Assembly (NCBI GenBank): GCA_047495785.1
Contig: JBLDXI010000042.1
Coordinates: 682,001-746,000 of the forward strand
Length of the DNA: 64,000 bases
From: Lepidodermella squamata
Lineage: Eukaryota; Animalia; Gastrotricha
Direction: 5' to 3'
Shown: positions 25,001 to 37,957 of the stretch, one piece after another
How positions within the stretch are numbered: position 1 is the first letter of the stretch
How the letters are laid out: each line of letters opens with the position of its first letter
The notes under the pieces: model-generated
Database searches by the model: none
What the model was told of the DNA's origin: nothing
Seen by the model: the letters and a program-made list of their open reading frames with translations, nothing else
Made by a program: the position numbers and the translations under genes

Positions 25001-26500
25001 TAGCGGCGGCGCGAACCAACCCGATAGGGTACCCCTAGCGGCGGAGCCGCAGCCTGAACCGGAGGTCCAGCGCCTCTCTCTCAACTTCGCCGGTCGAGGC
25101 GACAATGGTAGAGGCGTTTTGCGCTGGACGAAAAACAAAGCTAGGGAAACGAATGTTAACGATAAAAATATGGAAAAATAAGTCGTAGATAGATCTTTTT
25201 TCGAAATTATGGACAAACTTTTTTTTCGAAGTTTCACCATACGGCTGATTTTTGGCGATTTTTTATTCATAAAAAATGGAGAACTGCTCATTAATATTCA
25301 TGAGCTGCTTACGCCGCCGTCTGGGTCACGGTTACCGGCACCCTCATGACCGAGGTTGATTGCGTCACACGCGAGAGCCGGGTCGTTGCGATGCGCCTCT
25401 TCGAAATTTTAATATAAAACCAGTTTGGCGGCCCTCCCTGGGGGAGGGCTGCATCAGTGACATTCTGCGAAATATTCTGCATCGAACAGTCTAAAGTTTG
25501 TTGATAGGCGATAAACGGTTGATTTTCTATCGAATTTAAAAGTTGCGCGTACATGAAAAAGTGGCGCTCACTCACTGTGCGTGAAATTTTCAAGGCGCGT
25601 GTGACACCCAGATAGGTGCATAATTTGTCGTGACAAAGTCGGATTTTTAGATACTAGAAAACACGGCCGATTTTCTGGTACCAGAACCGCCGCGAGATTC
25701 GCAAGATTTCCTTTGACTAGATCGTTTGGCGCGCGACTGATTTTTAGTGAAAATATTCGCTCACACACTCACTCAGAGTCTGTTTCTGTCAAGTTTTTGA
25801 CACATGCAGCAGTTGTGTGCGCATATGCGGTGTAACATAACAACCATTTCTAGTACAACATTTGACGGGCTTTCGATCGGTGAGAACCGCATGTCGATGC
25901 TTCTCACAGTTTTTTGCCAATAAGCCGAGCGGTAAAATTTGACGTTTTCGAGCAGCATCGCGGCCGAGTTTTGTGTCGAGATTGACAAGAGGGGTTTTCT
26001 GTGTTAGCGTTACCGAACTTTCGTACTTCGTGATTTTCGACTGAAACGGCGCGCCCTGCTGCGATGTTTTTCGTGGCTCCGCAAGCTCTCCAGGTGCCGC
26101 GCTTCGCTTTTGAGACAAGTGCTGGCCACTGCCGTGATCAGCGTGAAAGCAAACCTACTCCTCTCGAGCCGCCAATTTTACCCCAAGTGGTATATCGGTT
26201 CCGTGTGGCTTGGCCTTAAAATATTGACCGGTTGTGCGTTGAAATTCTTCCATAAATAGCCTCCATTCGTTAGAGAAGATCGGGGCGCGAATTTCAATCG
26301 AAAAGTCGTTGTCGTTAACATATTTAAAAGACTTGACGAGCGAAATCGAATGGAGGTATGACGGAATGATGCGAAGAACGTGTTTAGATTGAAATTGATA
26401 ATTTGACACCAATGTAAGCGGCAGAGATTTAACCATTTTCGAGCAAGTAACAGGTAATAATGACGGATTGAAATGTATCGTAATTGGCGCCAAATTTTCA
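22050..26500 (-). mobile_element. Degenerate Mutator (MULE) transposase gene with SWIM zinc finger and introns
   Basis: DILFTDSTASCD..GALPVAVAI (23159-23512), FLTDDSDAERSAL..CAFHILQ, HMTNNIVE, and SWIM CNCPYGRTGRFCKH (about 22285-22330). Probable N-terminal exon at 26155-26493. TIRs not identified. Confidence 0.75.
23460..25042. repeat. Internal tandem duplications (~630-870 bp units) within the MULE
   Basis: 23900-24100 is nearly identical to 24768-24968. The ctaccttgacctaacggcg..ggtcgccac block occurs at about 23718 and 24373. A ~35-bp unit is duplicated at 24973-25042. Confidence 0.8.
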
Positions 26501-26689
26501 AAATTTCCAGCAAATTATTTCCGGGCGATTTAGCAAGCGAGCCGCCGCCACGGCCACGGCGTGTGAAAGGCCGACCTGACCTCGCGGCGTGTAATTATAG
26601 CACCAGCGCTGGCGCGGCAATATGCGCCGACCAATAGGAGTGCGCGCGCGGAGGAAACACCGGCGGATGGGGAAATGTGCTAGAAAATA

Positions 26690-26973
26690 CCTGATACTCG
26701 GTGATAGGATCGCAGGTGGGGTTGTTATCACGGCACGAAGTACAGGGTGTTCAAGAAATAATAGGTAGTTTATAAATAGCTTTGCTACTTTTCGGCACGC
26801 GCTTCAGCGTTTCAGAGCTAAAAGCTAGATATTATTTAACGAACACCCTGTAAATGCGTTGTTGGTCACCTGAAAGCATCGCTTGAAGTTCTGGCAAGAC
26901 GCTTGACCAAGCAACGTGGAAGACGTTACAAGAATTAGTGAAATAAAGCTTCTCATTGCTGGTTTATTCGCAT
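26690..26973 (-). pseudogene. Exon 1 (signal peptide + Cys module) of LamG-family paralogue A, disrupted by a MITE
   Basis: MRSFISLILVTSSTLLGQASCQNFKRCFQVTNNAF[T]SCRDNNPTCDPITEYQ matches exon 1 at 36118-36288 once 26743-26852 is removed. Confidence 0.85.
26743..26850. mobile_element. Tc1/mariner-type MITE (108 bp)
   Basis: TA-CAGGGTGTTC...GAACACCCTG-TA inside a coding exon; the paralogous exon shows the empty site. Confidence 0.9.
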
Positions 26974-29123
26974 AAAATGAAAAGGATTAATGACAGGGGA
27001 GGGTTGAAAATTCACTGAAGGCACGCGTTTATGGCTGGCCCGTGGCTCGTGACTTTTTTGGCTGTCAAAACAACGTAATATGACTCTTCAAATGGAATTT
27101 GGCCTGAAATTCGAATTAACCTGACCTGGACAAATTTTTGTCGATTATTATTTCATCTGTCATTAATGGCTTTGCTAATTATTAGCTCTGGTCGATAGGC
27201 AATGAATAATTTAGAAAAGCTCGCGATTTAATTTGAGGCCATGGGTACGAAAAATACTTAAGACACTGAAGACATTTACTTTTCTCATCACTACTAAGAT
27301 TTGTTGCTTGACTTCGCATTGGCACGCGTGAATTAGGGCGATTTCCCAGATATTGCTAGGTGAAAAATGTGAATGAATAAGCGTGAATAAGCTTGCTATC
27401 GGAAACGCAGCTGAAAGCTCTGATGTCAAAGTTTCAGTTAAAACAAGATCGAGCCATTTCGTCACCGCTTCGACCGACGATGGGTCGACGTTCCGGGAAC
27501 GTTCCCTGGAAACACGCCAGTTGCGACTTTGGCTACTGCATATAGAGATAAGATTAACCAGAGGGGAACCCCTTGATTCGTTTGTGTTTTTCATGGTCCA
27601 GCCAGTGTGCGACTTTCAGAGGGATGGGGTATCATTCCCCTCCTCAAAGCTCGGCCAGACCTGACGATAAAATGAGAATTTAGTCTACTGTTTCTATTCA
27701 CTGTTCAATTTTGGAGGTTTTTGAGAGATGTTTTAGCAGGAAATATTCTAATTTTCTCGCTTCGCTCGTTTCTTAGATGAATTCCCTATAGCCTATAGTC
27801 ATTTCGGCAAATACAGCAAAATAATGCCCCCCTCCTGGATCCAAGATCGCACCCTGGGTCCAGCTGAAAAGACCAAAATGCCACTGTTTACTGTCTGGTT
27901 TTTTCCAGTGCTTTGGATTTGATTTTACTTGATTTAGACACTATTTTCACTGATTCAGAATTGAATTGATTGACTTTATGGGGGAAGCATATTAATTGGA
28001 TTAATTTTGATTTACCATTGAGGATGCAATCGAACAATTGATGCTGTGGTTCTAGAATCTCTCCTCCTTTTTGTTGAAAAATTGCTTTAGAGAGGAACGA
28101 CAGTTTTAAAATCGCTCTATTTTATCAATTGCTCGAATTTTGGGAGCCAACATCTCGTGAACATCCTGATTCTTTGTGATTATCGGTGTCGGTGATTTGA
28201 TTTGATTGATTATTTGATTGATGGACTTCCCGGACGTAACGGGACGAAATAACGAGCGAAGCGAGGAAATTGCGAAGATTTCATATTAATGCACGCTCAA
28301 AAACCTCTCAAACCTAACCCTAACGAAACGGTGGGATACCTTCGCATTTTGTTGGCTGGCCCGGCCGAGCTGGGGGGATAATTTCAAAACGAATCGTTAT
28401 GGCTTCTGGATAAATAAATTTGACGAAATGTTGAACGGCTATCTCATGAGCGATTTTGCCAGGCTGTAAAATGTAAAGTTAAAAATGAGCTCGATTTCGG
28501 TGGGTTGAACTTACAGTTAAGCAATCCTGTCCTATCCCGACAAACTGAGTAGTAATTCCAGTCATCCCAAGGTCTGCTAAACAGCTGAAATATTTTGGAA
28601 TTTTCCCAATGCTATTTTACAATATTTTATACCGATCACTCTTTTGAAATGTTACGCTGTTGGTTTCGTGGATCTCGGCAGAATTTTCAAATTCTTCGAA
28701 CGAGATGCACGAGTCTGCCCAAAGGCCTAACCCTTCTCTAACGACTTCCTTCCAAGATTCAGCTAAAAAACCCAGGAATTAACGGAGAATTGGATAAGAG
28801 TCTCAATAAAATTTACGGAATTCCTGCTCGAAGCTGTATTTAATAGGAAAACTGGACCACAACTTTGGCGACTCGCCTTCCTGGAATCAGAATAATTCAG
28901 AGCGTGCAGTCGTGACATTCCCAGTTCTCACCTCTCCGAAAGTGAATACACAACTTAACGCTAATACGACCAGAAAATAAATCGTGAAATTCATTGTAAT
29001 AAAAGTCGTAAATTACGTATTTTGAGCACTCGATATCAAATATTTTATTGATTTCTGATTTCTCAAGCAAAAAAAAATACTCCATTCATACATTATCGTC
29101 GCAGTGATAAAAACAAGATCATT

Positions 29124-29713
29124 CTAGAATGAATCAGGATAGAACGGTGCGTTTTTGCTAATATATTCAACCCAGTCTTTGCCCCACGATTGACGAGAAT
29201 ACTGAACGGTGAACGATTCTTTGCCAAACTTCGCATTGCATAGCTCCTCGCTGAAATCAGGCCAACGGCCCTCGCAAACCCTGCCAATGCTGTCAGACTT
29301 CTGCGCCCAAGAGTAGGGCTGAAGTACCTTCGATGGGAATACTTTCAAATCGTAGATATCACTTGAGACCTTTTTCGGCGAGGCATCGGTATCAACGCCT
29401 GTCATTTGTTTGGAAGTAGCCATATAGGTCTCAATTGCGTTGAAAAATCCTATGGGGCCAGTTACGAATTCGGGTTTCGTCCCGGGTAGCGGGAACTTTT
29501 TTCGCTGGTAAAGGAATTGGGATAAGGCGATCGAAAACAAAAGATGGCCTGGTTTCGCCAACATTATCGAAGCTGGTAGAAAATGCTTGTTATGCTATGA
29601 AGCTTTATATTCCTCCATCATATAACCCAATAGAACAGGCTTCTCGGCTTGGTCGATTAAAGGATCTATAGGTTGGATCTATCGGTTAAAGGATCTATCG
29701 AGATCAGCGTACT
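29124..29713 (-). pseudogene. 5'-truncated GT32 glycosyltransferase copy
   Basis: C-terminal ~146 aa nearly identical to 37958-39034. Rearranged just after YADLD and cut by a MULE fragment at about 29713. Confidence 0.9.
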
Positions 29714-30520
29714 ATTCTCAATGTTTGTTAAGGTGGCTGACCAGCAAAGGCCTGATCAAGCATTATCGCCAACCAAAAGGCTCACCGATTCGGACGATCA
29801 TTCGGCGGTTCATGTCACTGGCCTTCCTACCGGTCTATGATGTTGTTGTTGTTGCTAAGTTTCTCATTTCGAAGGCGCCGCCTAGCCTGCAAAAGTTTTG
29901 CCAGTATTTTGAGGATACCTGGCTTGGCCTCTTCCCGCCAGCTTAATGGAATGTTTGTGATCAAGATGTTCGAACGAACAACACCGTAGAGGTAAGCTTT
30001 TTTCATTATTAAAAATTGAATTTAATTAATTAATTTTCAAGTCATGGCATCATCGAATGAACTCGAAGCTCACTTCTCCTCATCCGAATGTCTGGGCTTT
30101 TATCGAAATGTTGAAGGCCGAAGAGATTGCCGTCACTAACAAGCTGTCCCAGCAAGCGGCTGGCCAACATATCGCCCGAAAGAGGGCGGGTGTTAATCAG
30201 ACGAACGAAAAAATTTCTTTCTTCGACGCTCAATACATCGCTGACCTTGCTTATTTGAATCGCGCCGCCGGTCTGTCCAACGGTCAAAAAGAGAGTCGCT
30301 TGGCAGAAATCAGAATAACTTTTCTCGACAATATTGGCTTGAGAATCCCTGAAATTTCGGGCGATTGTTGACTTTTCTTGTTTCTTATTTGTTGCTTGTT
30401 GTTTACTCAATAAATTAAGCAGAACGCGTAGCGCAAATAGCGTCGCGCAAACTGAAGTAGCGCACTCTCGCGTCGCCAAAATGGTGTGCACAAATAAAGT
30501 CGCGCAGACGGGAATCACCC
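29714..30520 (+). mobile_element. Mutator (MULE) transposase 3' fragment with right terminus
   Basis: FMSLAFLP..FCQYFEDTWL..*WNV..RTNNTVE/SWHHRMN..HPNVWAFIEMLKAEE, with a short intron at about 29992-30041 and an in-frame stop. Repetitive GC-rich terminal region 30425-30520. Confidence 0.8.
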
Positions 30521-30672
30521 AGCCATTGCCACAGCCACTCTGCGAGAGGATAATTATATTAAATGCAACATCGCAATAGATATAATTTTTAGCTTGATAG
30601 TTGTTTGTTTCTGTAGTCCTAGAACCAAAGAAATCCCATGAAATTAAACAGTACCAGTAAAAATTGAATTTT

Positions 30673-31010
30673 TCATCGAGATGGAAATACTGTTATGAAT
30701 AATAACCCCACCTCTCGTCGAGATGGCTGACGTCCATTATGTGAAGAAGCGTTGATTGAAGATTGCCCTTGATCGGCTGCGAATAATTTCCCCGTCAACT
30801 GGTGATATACAGCGGGTAAATTTCTCGCTAACCCAATCGGACAAAGCTCGAAGAAGCGCTTGCTCATCTCATTTGGGTCGTAGTCCTTGCAATCGACGAA
30901 CTGCACTCGCTACAATCAGTTGGTGTTGGTGTTGGTGTACAAATGGTGTTACAGCCACAACAATTTTGATGCTACACATTTCGTAACTGGAATTCAAAAC
31001 CTGCACAACC
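30673..31010 (-). pseudogene. N-terminal fragment of the divergent Cys-loop receptor family
   Basis: EMSKRFFELCPIGLARNLPA aligns with ELQSKFFKLCPIAKANNLPS of 57911-59186. Frameshifted, with no downstream exons. Confidence 0.7.
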
Positions 31011-31668
31011 CACTGTTGACTACGGTAGATAAATAGATATGAGCTCCAGCTTACTATACACTGGGGATTTGTTCAATTTAGGATTCTTTTGAGCAAACAA
31101 TAGCATATGCGGTAATTAAAAATCGTCGCTTCTACTGTTGTAATGAAAAATTATAGTAAATACACCGAGCTTGTGGATGTATTGTTGGCTAATACTTTTT
31201 TTACTTGAGGGGTTTACTTCGACTTGTACCTCGCCTCAATTAACCCACCTCAAAGCTCTGAGCAACCCTCGGCATGTTCTATCGTGAGATAAATTTCGCC
31301 CGTTTGATTTTTTTGCTTCAATAACGAGTAGGCGCCCGCAACAGGGTTTATGTATCGCGTCGGTTTTTATACCAAAAAATAATTAAGACAATTCTCTATC
31401 GATTGAATATGGGGTTCTCGCTCGAAAAAATTAAAATAAAAAAGTTTTACGTACACCTAAAATTTTGCGCGCGAGTTGAGAGCGCGCGCACTCCCATCTC
31501 AAAAGTTAGGATGTGCGGTAACCGTTTTTTCGTTCATTTTTCACGCGAGAAATCCATTCTAAATCTATTCTATTCTATAGAGAATTTTCTGAACTTTCTC
31601 TTGGTATAAAAACCGCCTAAATAATCAAAACTTGTCCTTTGACTTTCTGAGGATTTCTGAGGGATGAT

Positions 31669-31993
31669 AGAGATCATCCCTATCTAATAGCGGATGGGTC
31701 CTAGGCTATTGAATAATTTTGATTAAAATAATATTCTGAGTTTTCGGAGTTAATTGTTAATTATTTCTGAGTTTTCGGAGTTTCTGAGGAAAAGTGCAAA
31801 ACGCTCAAAACGCGCAAAAGTCGAAATTTTCAGAAATTTCAAGGCCGCGTGCGGTATGCGTTTTGCACTTTTCCTCAGAAACTCCGAAAACTCAGAAATA
31901 ATTAACAATTAACTCCGAAAACTCAGAATATTATTTTAATCAAAATTATTCAATAGCCTAGGACCCATCCGCTATTAGATAGGGATGATCTCT
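31669..31993. repeat. Long inverted repeat (136-bp arms, 53-bp spacer)
   Basis: 31669-31804 is the reverse complement of 31858-31993; internal ttctgagttttcggagtt subrepeats; no clear TSD. Confidence 0.9.
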
Positions 31994-32911
31994 GACCCGT
32001 TCAATTTTGTGTTCGTGATCCAAATAAAAATAGCCGATCGTCGAAACCCCCTGTCGCAACCCCAAGTAAATGATCGTAGCCCCTCGTTGCATCCCTACTC
32101 GCGTGACTCCCCTCGGCCGACTTCTGGCTTCCTGGTTCGATAACGAAACCGGCCAGCGGCCCATCAGACTCGGAGGTGGACACCGTTACGAGCTCCGCCT
32201 CGTCAGCATGCCCGCATCTCGTGCTACGAATCTCAGATATAAATGAAACACTCGTACTATATCATACAAATATACAACTGTAAACTAAAGACAACACAAA
32301 AGTCTGAAAATTAGGTATGCCAGCTTGCCGAATCTTCCTCGCGTATGACAAATGCAAAAAAATGTGGCGTTCTCCTCGAAAACTGAATTTTAAAGGAAGA
32401 TTTTCAGCTGAAGGAGTCCGGGACAAAGAAAAGCGGGCGCTCAGCTAACAATTTTTACTTTTCTCGCCATATTTTAATCGAAATTTATGAGTCGTTCTAA
32501 AATTTGCGAATCGATAGGCAGATATTTCGAAATTTCGAAATCGTTGAAAACTTCACCAGAATCATTCTGAATGCATGATCATTTTTAAGCTCTAAATGCT
32601 TAATTGTTTTGAAAAATGCTATAGGTTTTATTTCAGAAAATAGCTGATTGACAATGTAGCTGGCCAAATATTGAGGTTAGATTCGTAGATTCTGAATTTT
32701 GCATTATTACGATTATAAGCGTTTTTATTGGATGAAAACTTAGCATAGACATAACATAATATGACAGTACTAAACCACAATTTTTAGCACTCACAATTGA
32801 TACTCACAATCCTCATCATAGTTCGCGATGTTTGAAATACGAGTCGAAATATCATTTAGGTCAGAGATTGTCAAATTTTCTCCATGGATTCAATGCTGCT
32901 GATAACGATAT

Positions 32912-35900
32912 TCACAACAATTCGGGAATCGCAAAAGCGGCACAATAAATTTCTAGGACTCGAAGTGTTTCGAAGGAGATAGAAGAAGATGAGATAACGT
33001 TGAGGCAAGCAATGCTTCCCGTCAACGGCTCGACTGGAGTAGCCCAAGATCTGTAAACAAAACTATCCTCGAGTTTTTAGATTACTTAGAAATATACATA
33101 CCCTCCCAGGTGGAATGATCCGGACGAGGTAAATGGAGAGAGGTCTGTAGGAACCACGGATCCAGGTCTCGAATCACATGCGTAAGAAAGCATTTGTGTC
33201 TCAGCGTCGAAATTAATCCTAATATAGTGCCATTCGACACCAAACGTTCCGGGACAGGTAAGCGACAGATCAGCCGACCCATTTCCATACGGCCTTAGAA
33301 TAAATGCTTGTCTGTCGCCGGTTGTAAGTCTGAAACCCGTCTTCGAGCTATCAGAAGCAAATTCCAGGATTGTTCTATTCTGTTTGGATGGCGGGGCGAA
33401 CATTGCGATCGTGAAGCCGGCATTTAGTTTAATCTTTTCGGAATTTACAGCGATAGGATCGGTTGAGTTGTAATAAAAAGCTGTGTTAGGTCGTCCAAAC
33501 GGCCCAGTCACTTGTTGCAGAGCGGTATTTGTAGTCGTGAAATCAGCTCTAGGCTCGATGCGGTCATTAAGATCGGAAACCAGAGGCCAACTGGCAATAA
33601 ACCCTGGCAATCGCGATTTAAGCACTTCCATAGTCAAAATCGTTCCGAGCTGAATTTGAAGGCACTTCTTGCGAAGAATCCACATTTGGTCGAGGGACAT
33701 TGCGTGCCTGTGAAGCGAAAAGCATGCCAGCCTTCCATTAAAAGTGTTGTTTGCGACCAAATCACCGCCGAGTCTTATTTTCGAGCTCACAGCCAGTCTC
33801 CCACCATCAGTTGGTGTCTCGTAGACAAAGTTATCATGTACCAACAGAAACATCTCCGTATCAACGTTCAAAGACATAGCGACGAAGGACCAATTCGGAT
33901 CCACATTTGGCACGACAGTTCCGAAATCGCTACCATATTTCTGATCTATGCAGAAAATTATTATTGTAATGGCAAGGTTTGGTAATCTAAGAAAAGCGCT
34001 TCGTACCCCCGATTTACACAAATTTGATTAATTTTTGTTATTGGTAAAATAGAAATTTATTTGAAGATGTGTTAATAACTGAAAGAATTCTATAGTCGTA
34101 CCGATAAACGTACCTAACTTTAATCGCAAAGCGTACTTTGCTCTATCAATAACAATGCCAGAGAGACCTTCTTTGTCGAAGAACTCGAAAATATTTTGGA
34201 AGCCGTTGGAACCCAACGGTAAATATACGTATTCAGCAATCGTGTAAGAAGAATTCTCGACATTGAGCAAGCTGTTGTCCAAGAGTACGGATCCAGTGGT
34301 TGAGTTGATAGAGACCGCCGAACTGCCGAATGGACCGCTGTCGTACTTCAAAGATGAGCCGGAGTAAGTGCCGTTGATGCCGTTTCCACTTATGTCGCTC
34401 GTACCGTATTCCTGGCTGAGGGGAAGGTAAACTGTCTCAAATGGCAGCCCGAAAGGAGTCTCTGAACAAAAAATACGGATAATTGTCAGAATTAGCAGGA
34501 TAGAAGGTAGGCTAGCTAACGGTTATTACACAGCTCGGCACTTTTGAACATCGATGTCGATGTCTGCGAATACAATTAACTACGATGAAGCTGCATTCAT
34601 TTGCCGAGGTTTAAGCTTACCCAGTTATGAGGGCAGTCGTCAGCTACAGGAACGCATTTCGCCGCCATATGAAGGGCAAACGTGCAAAGCTTGTGCTGGA
34701 AAGCAGACACAAGAATTAGTGTAATTTAAAAATTAAAATTACCTATGCTTGGAATATGTCTGTTTAAGCTATATTAATGAATAAGTAATGTATGTGGTAT
34801 GTGGTACCTATGGTTATTTGACTTATCAATTGAGTAGGATAAATACCGTGAATTCAGTTGCTTCCGCCTTGCAGTTGTCATGGTTTGCTTTGAACGACGT
34901 CGCGTTGCCATAGATCTTTACCTTTCATCATCGAACCGTGTTACGAACCCGAAAGCTCATCCGAAACGACTACTTACCCTTGTACCACTCGGGAAAACGC
35001 CATAACACTGTTGTTTGCCATTGCCTGCGACACATTGAACGGCTCTCTATAAAAAAAAGAATGAAATTGAAATGAAATCGAAAATCCATGACAAACGTTA
35101 TGATAATTTATAAATATCATTAATCAACATTTTAGAATTGCATAAAGAGATTTATGAAAAATGGAATACTCATTACCCCTTTCAAGCAGTTTTCCCTGTT
35201 GCTGAACGTAGCCGGCGAAAATTCCCGAGTTTCAACCCCAGCCTGGCAGCCAGTTGCCTCGAGGCGGCAATCGATGAAGCTTCCGTTAGACGAGCTGAAG
35301 CACCTAACATGCGGCTTCTCGCTGTCTGGAACTTGAACTGTAGAAGTTGCAGATAGACAAATGCATCATTTATCAAGCGGCTGAAATGAGTAAAAGCTCA
35401 CGTGGAGTTCCAGTGATGCACAGGCTGAGATTAGCATAAGAAGTGCCACCTGCGAGCTGGAGAACACAACATTTCCAATAGTGAACGCCGAAGATTTCAT
35501 TATTTTGTCTTTTCTCTAACCCAGTTCTCAGGACATGTAACGTTGTATGGGACGCACGTTTTCACAACCCCGCTGGCTGTGCATTGCTTGAAAGTTTGAT
35601 TCTGAACACCGAAGTGAAACACAGTGATTGCAATTGTGAATTCAATTACAACTGATTCAAATTTACCGCGAATTTCGATTTCGCGCTATTGCAAGCACTC
35701 AAGCTATCTTTCAGCGCGGTATTCCTAAACCAATCGAGCTATGAATAGACATACAAATAACTGAAAAATCCGCAGATGGTAAAATTTACCTCGATTTCCC
35801 TGTCAGCAGCTGGTTCGCCAGTTAATTTACACTTGCCAAGGCCGGGATTGCACCGTGGTGTCAGGGCGCCGTATTTGTAGCACATTTTAGCATTCTATTA

Positions 35901-36288
35901 CCGAGATGGATAAAATTGGAAATATCAGGAGCTGAATAGAAGATTTCTTACCCCTGAACGACACGTTGGTAAATCTGCAAATAAAGGACCCCACTGTTGA
36001 AAGAAAGACGACATATTTAAAAATTCGAGAAAAATAAAATCAGAAATAAAATTGTATCACATATAATCTATTTGTCAAGCTTCATTCCAAGAAAATTCCT
36101 GAAAATTAAAAACATACCTGATACTCGGTGATAGGATCACAGGTAGGGTTGTCATCACGGCACGAAGCAAACAAGTTGTTGGTCGCCAGGAAGCACCGCT
36201 TGAAGACCTGGCCTGATGCCTGGCCGATAAATGTGAACGAAACCAAGATTGTAAATAATAAAAAGCTGCTTCTCATTGCTGTTTTCAT
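32912..36288 (-). CDS. Secreted protein: N-terminal Cys-rich modules plus two LamG/concanavalin-A-like domains (paralogue B)
   Basis: Signal peptide MKTAMRSSFLLFTILVSFTFIGQASG, many short Cys-module exons, LamG motifs YLPL..D.SGNG, GPFG..A, WSFVAMS, IRLGGD..FNGRLACF and WHYIRINFD. Last exon ends in a stop at 32912. Not every internal exon phase was checked. Confidence 0.8.
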
Positions 36289-36883
36289 TGATAAAAAATA
36301 AACGATTAATGACGACAAATGGTTGAAAAAGTTGCTGAAAGCACACGTTTCGGCCCGGCTCGTGGCTCGTGGCATATTTCGACTTCAAAACAACATCACA
36401 CGACATTGAGCGTGAAATTTGGCGTGAAATTTAAATTGACCTGACCTGGACAATCTCTGCAAAATTATGATTGGCCGTGGTGCATTGATTTTAGTGTAAA
36501 TTCTTAGCCTAAAAAATCAAATCAAAACAAGAAAAGTTTTGAGGCAGATAAGATTGATCAGACTGTTACAATCATTTCATTTTTTTATTCGCTAATGTGC
36601 TTGATTCGCTTGATTCGAATTTTCGGCAGAAAATTAAATTAACCTGGCGTGGCCTATCTCGGCGATATTATCATTAGTCGTGATTAGTCATTAGTCGGTT
36701 TCGAGCAATTAGCTTTGATTGATTCTGGCTACTTCAAAATAGGCAATAAATCATGTTGATTTAGAATGCTCTTTATTTGATTTTACGCCTTAAATCAAAT
36801 CAAAACTGAAAACACATTGTTGAGGCAGATAAGACTGATGGGACTGTGACAATCGCCTGTATCTATTTATTCACTATCCAACC

Positions 36884-37780
36884 TTAATGAATAGCTTCGA
36901 CGCTAGAAATTGCATCACACTTTGGAACAGAGCAAAAACCGATTTCATCATGATCAACATAACAGAACGGCGTAGTCTGAAGCTGAGGATTCAAATTTCG
37001 GCAATAGTTCTCAGAGGCAAAAATATCGCCTCGTGGGACCATCAAGATGCTGTACATCGTTCGAAGTGCCGTCCAATACACGCAATTTTTTCTTCCCTTC
37101 TGCCCTTCATAGTCAAATCCGGAAGCCGTGATGCGGCAATGCTTTTTCAAGTCAGATGCTTTAGTCGTGCCACATGGGGAAAGAACTGCCAGTTTGAAGC
37201 CATCCCCGGGCTCAGAATTGGTAGCCGATTTGAATTTGACCCAGATTTCCTCGGAATTCGAAGCAAAGATTCGACCACTACTCACGCCACATCGGCAATA
37301 TCTTGGGGCTTGATTGATTGGTGAATCATTGATCTCGACGAAGTCACCACAAGTCGCCGCTGAAATGAACAGAAAAATTAGGAAACAAACTTGAAATTGA
37401 AAATTATGTTATGCTTACTATCTTCGTTGCAAGGAAGATCTGGCTGATGTTCGAAGCCAACAATTAGGCCGTTGTGACGTTGTGAAGCAGCCAGGTATAC
37501 TTCGATCCAGCCTCGTATGGCTTTGGGTAGTTGGGCGAGGTCAAATAAACGGTGGAGCAGGGTTCCATATCAATGAACCCCCCGCATTTTGGATCTTTGG
37601 TCATGATTGGCGGTGGGAGAGAGCCGCATTTCGAACCAGTAGCGAATTCTGAGCAAAAACAAGTTTACAGTCCGGGCTCAAAATCTGCTATTATGCTATT
37701 CTCGATAATTGAGACGTGGTCATCGCGGTCTGGGCGGGTTAAATGCTCAGTCGTGAGATTCCCAAGTTCTCACCTCTCCG
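36884..37780 (-). pseudogene. EGF-CUB-kringle protein fragment
   Basis: CFC..GSKC, CGG..LTSPNYPKPY (CUB), IWVKFKS..GFKL, and kringle DYEG..CVYW..ENYCRN..PFCY..CSVPKC. In-frame stops and a frameshift in the upstream exon; 5' part missing. Confidence 0.75.
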
Positions 37781-37957
37781 AAAGTTAATAAAGAGCGTAT
37801 CGCTATGAAAGCTAGAAATTTAATTACGAAATTCATATTGATAAAAGTCGAAAAATGATCCATTGTGACCACTCGATATGCATTCATTTTATTGATTTCT
37901 TCAGCAAAAAAATACTCTATTCATAAATTATCGTCGTAGTAAAAAAAACAGATCATG

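Noticed and set aside
23460-25042. Spaced repeats considered as a CRISPR-like array
   Set aside because: Units are hundreds of bp with no unique-spacer pattern, in a eukaryotic TE context with no cas genes.
33512-33985. Long antisense ORFs (also 36887-37324, 38480-38767, 42354-42680, 43448-43897, 60814-61230)
   Set aside because: Shadow ORFs opposite well-supported genes.
34600-35620. Cys-rich exons first considered thrombospondin type-1 repeats
   Set aside because: No WSxW or CSxTCG motifs; they are short three-Cys modules instead.
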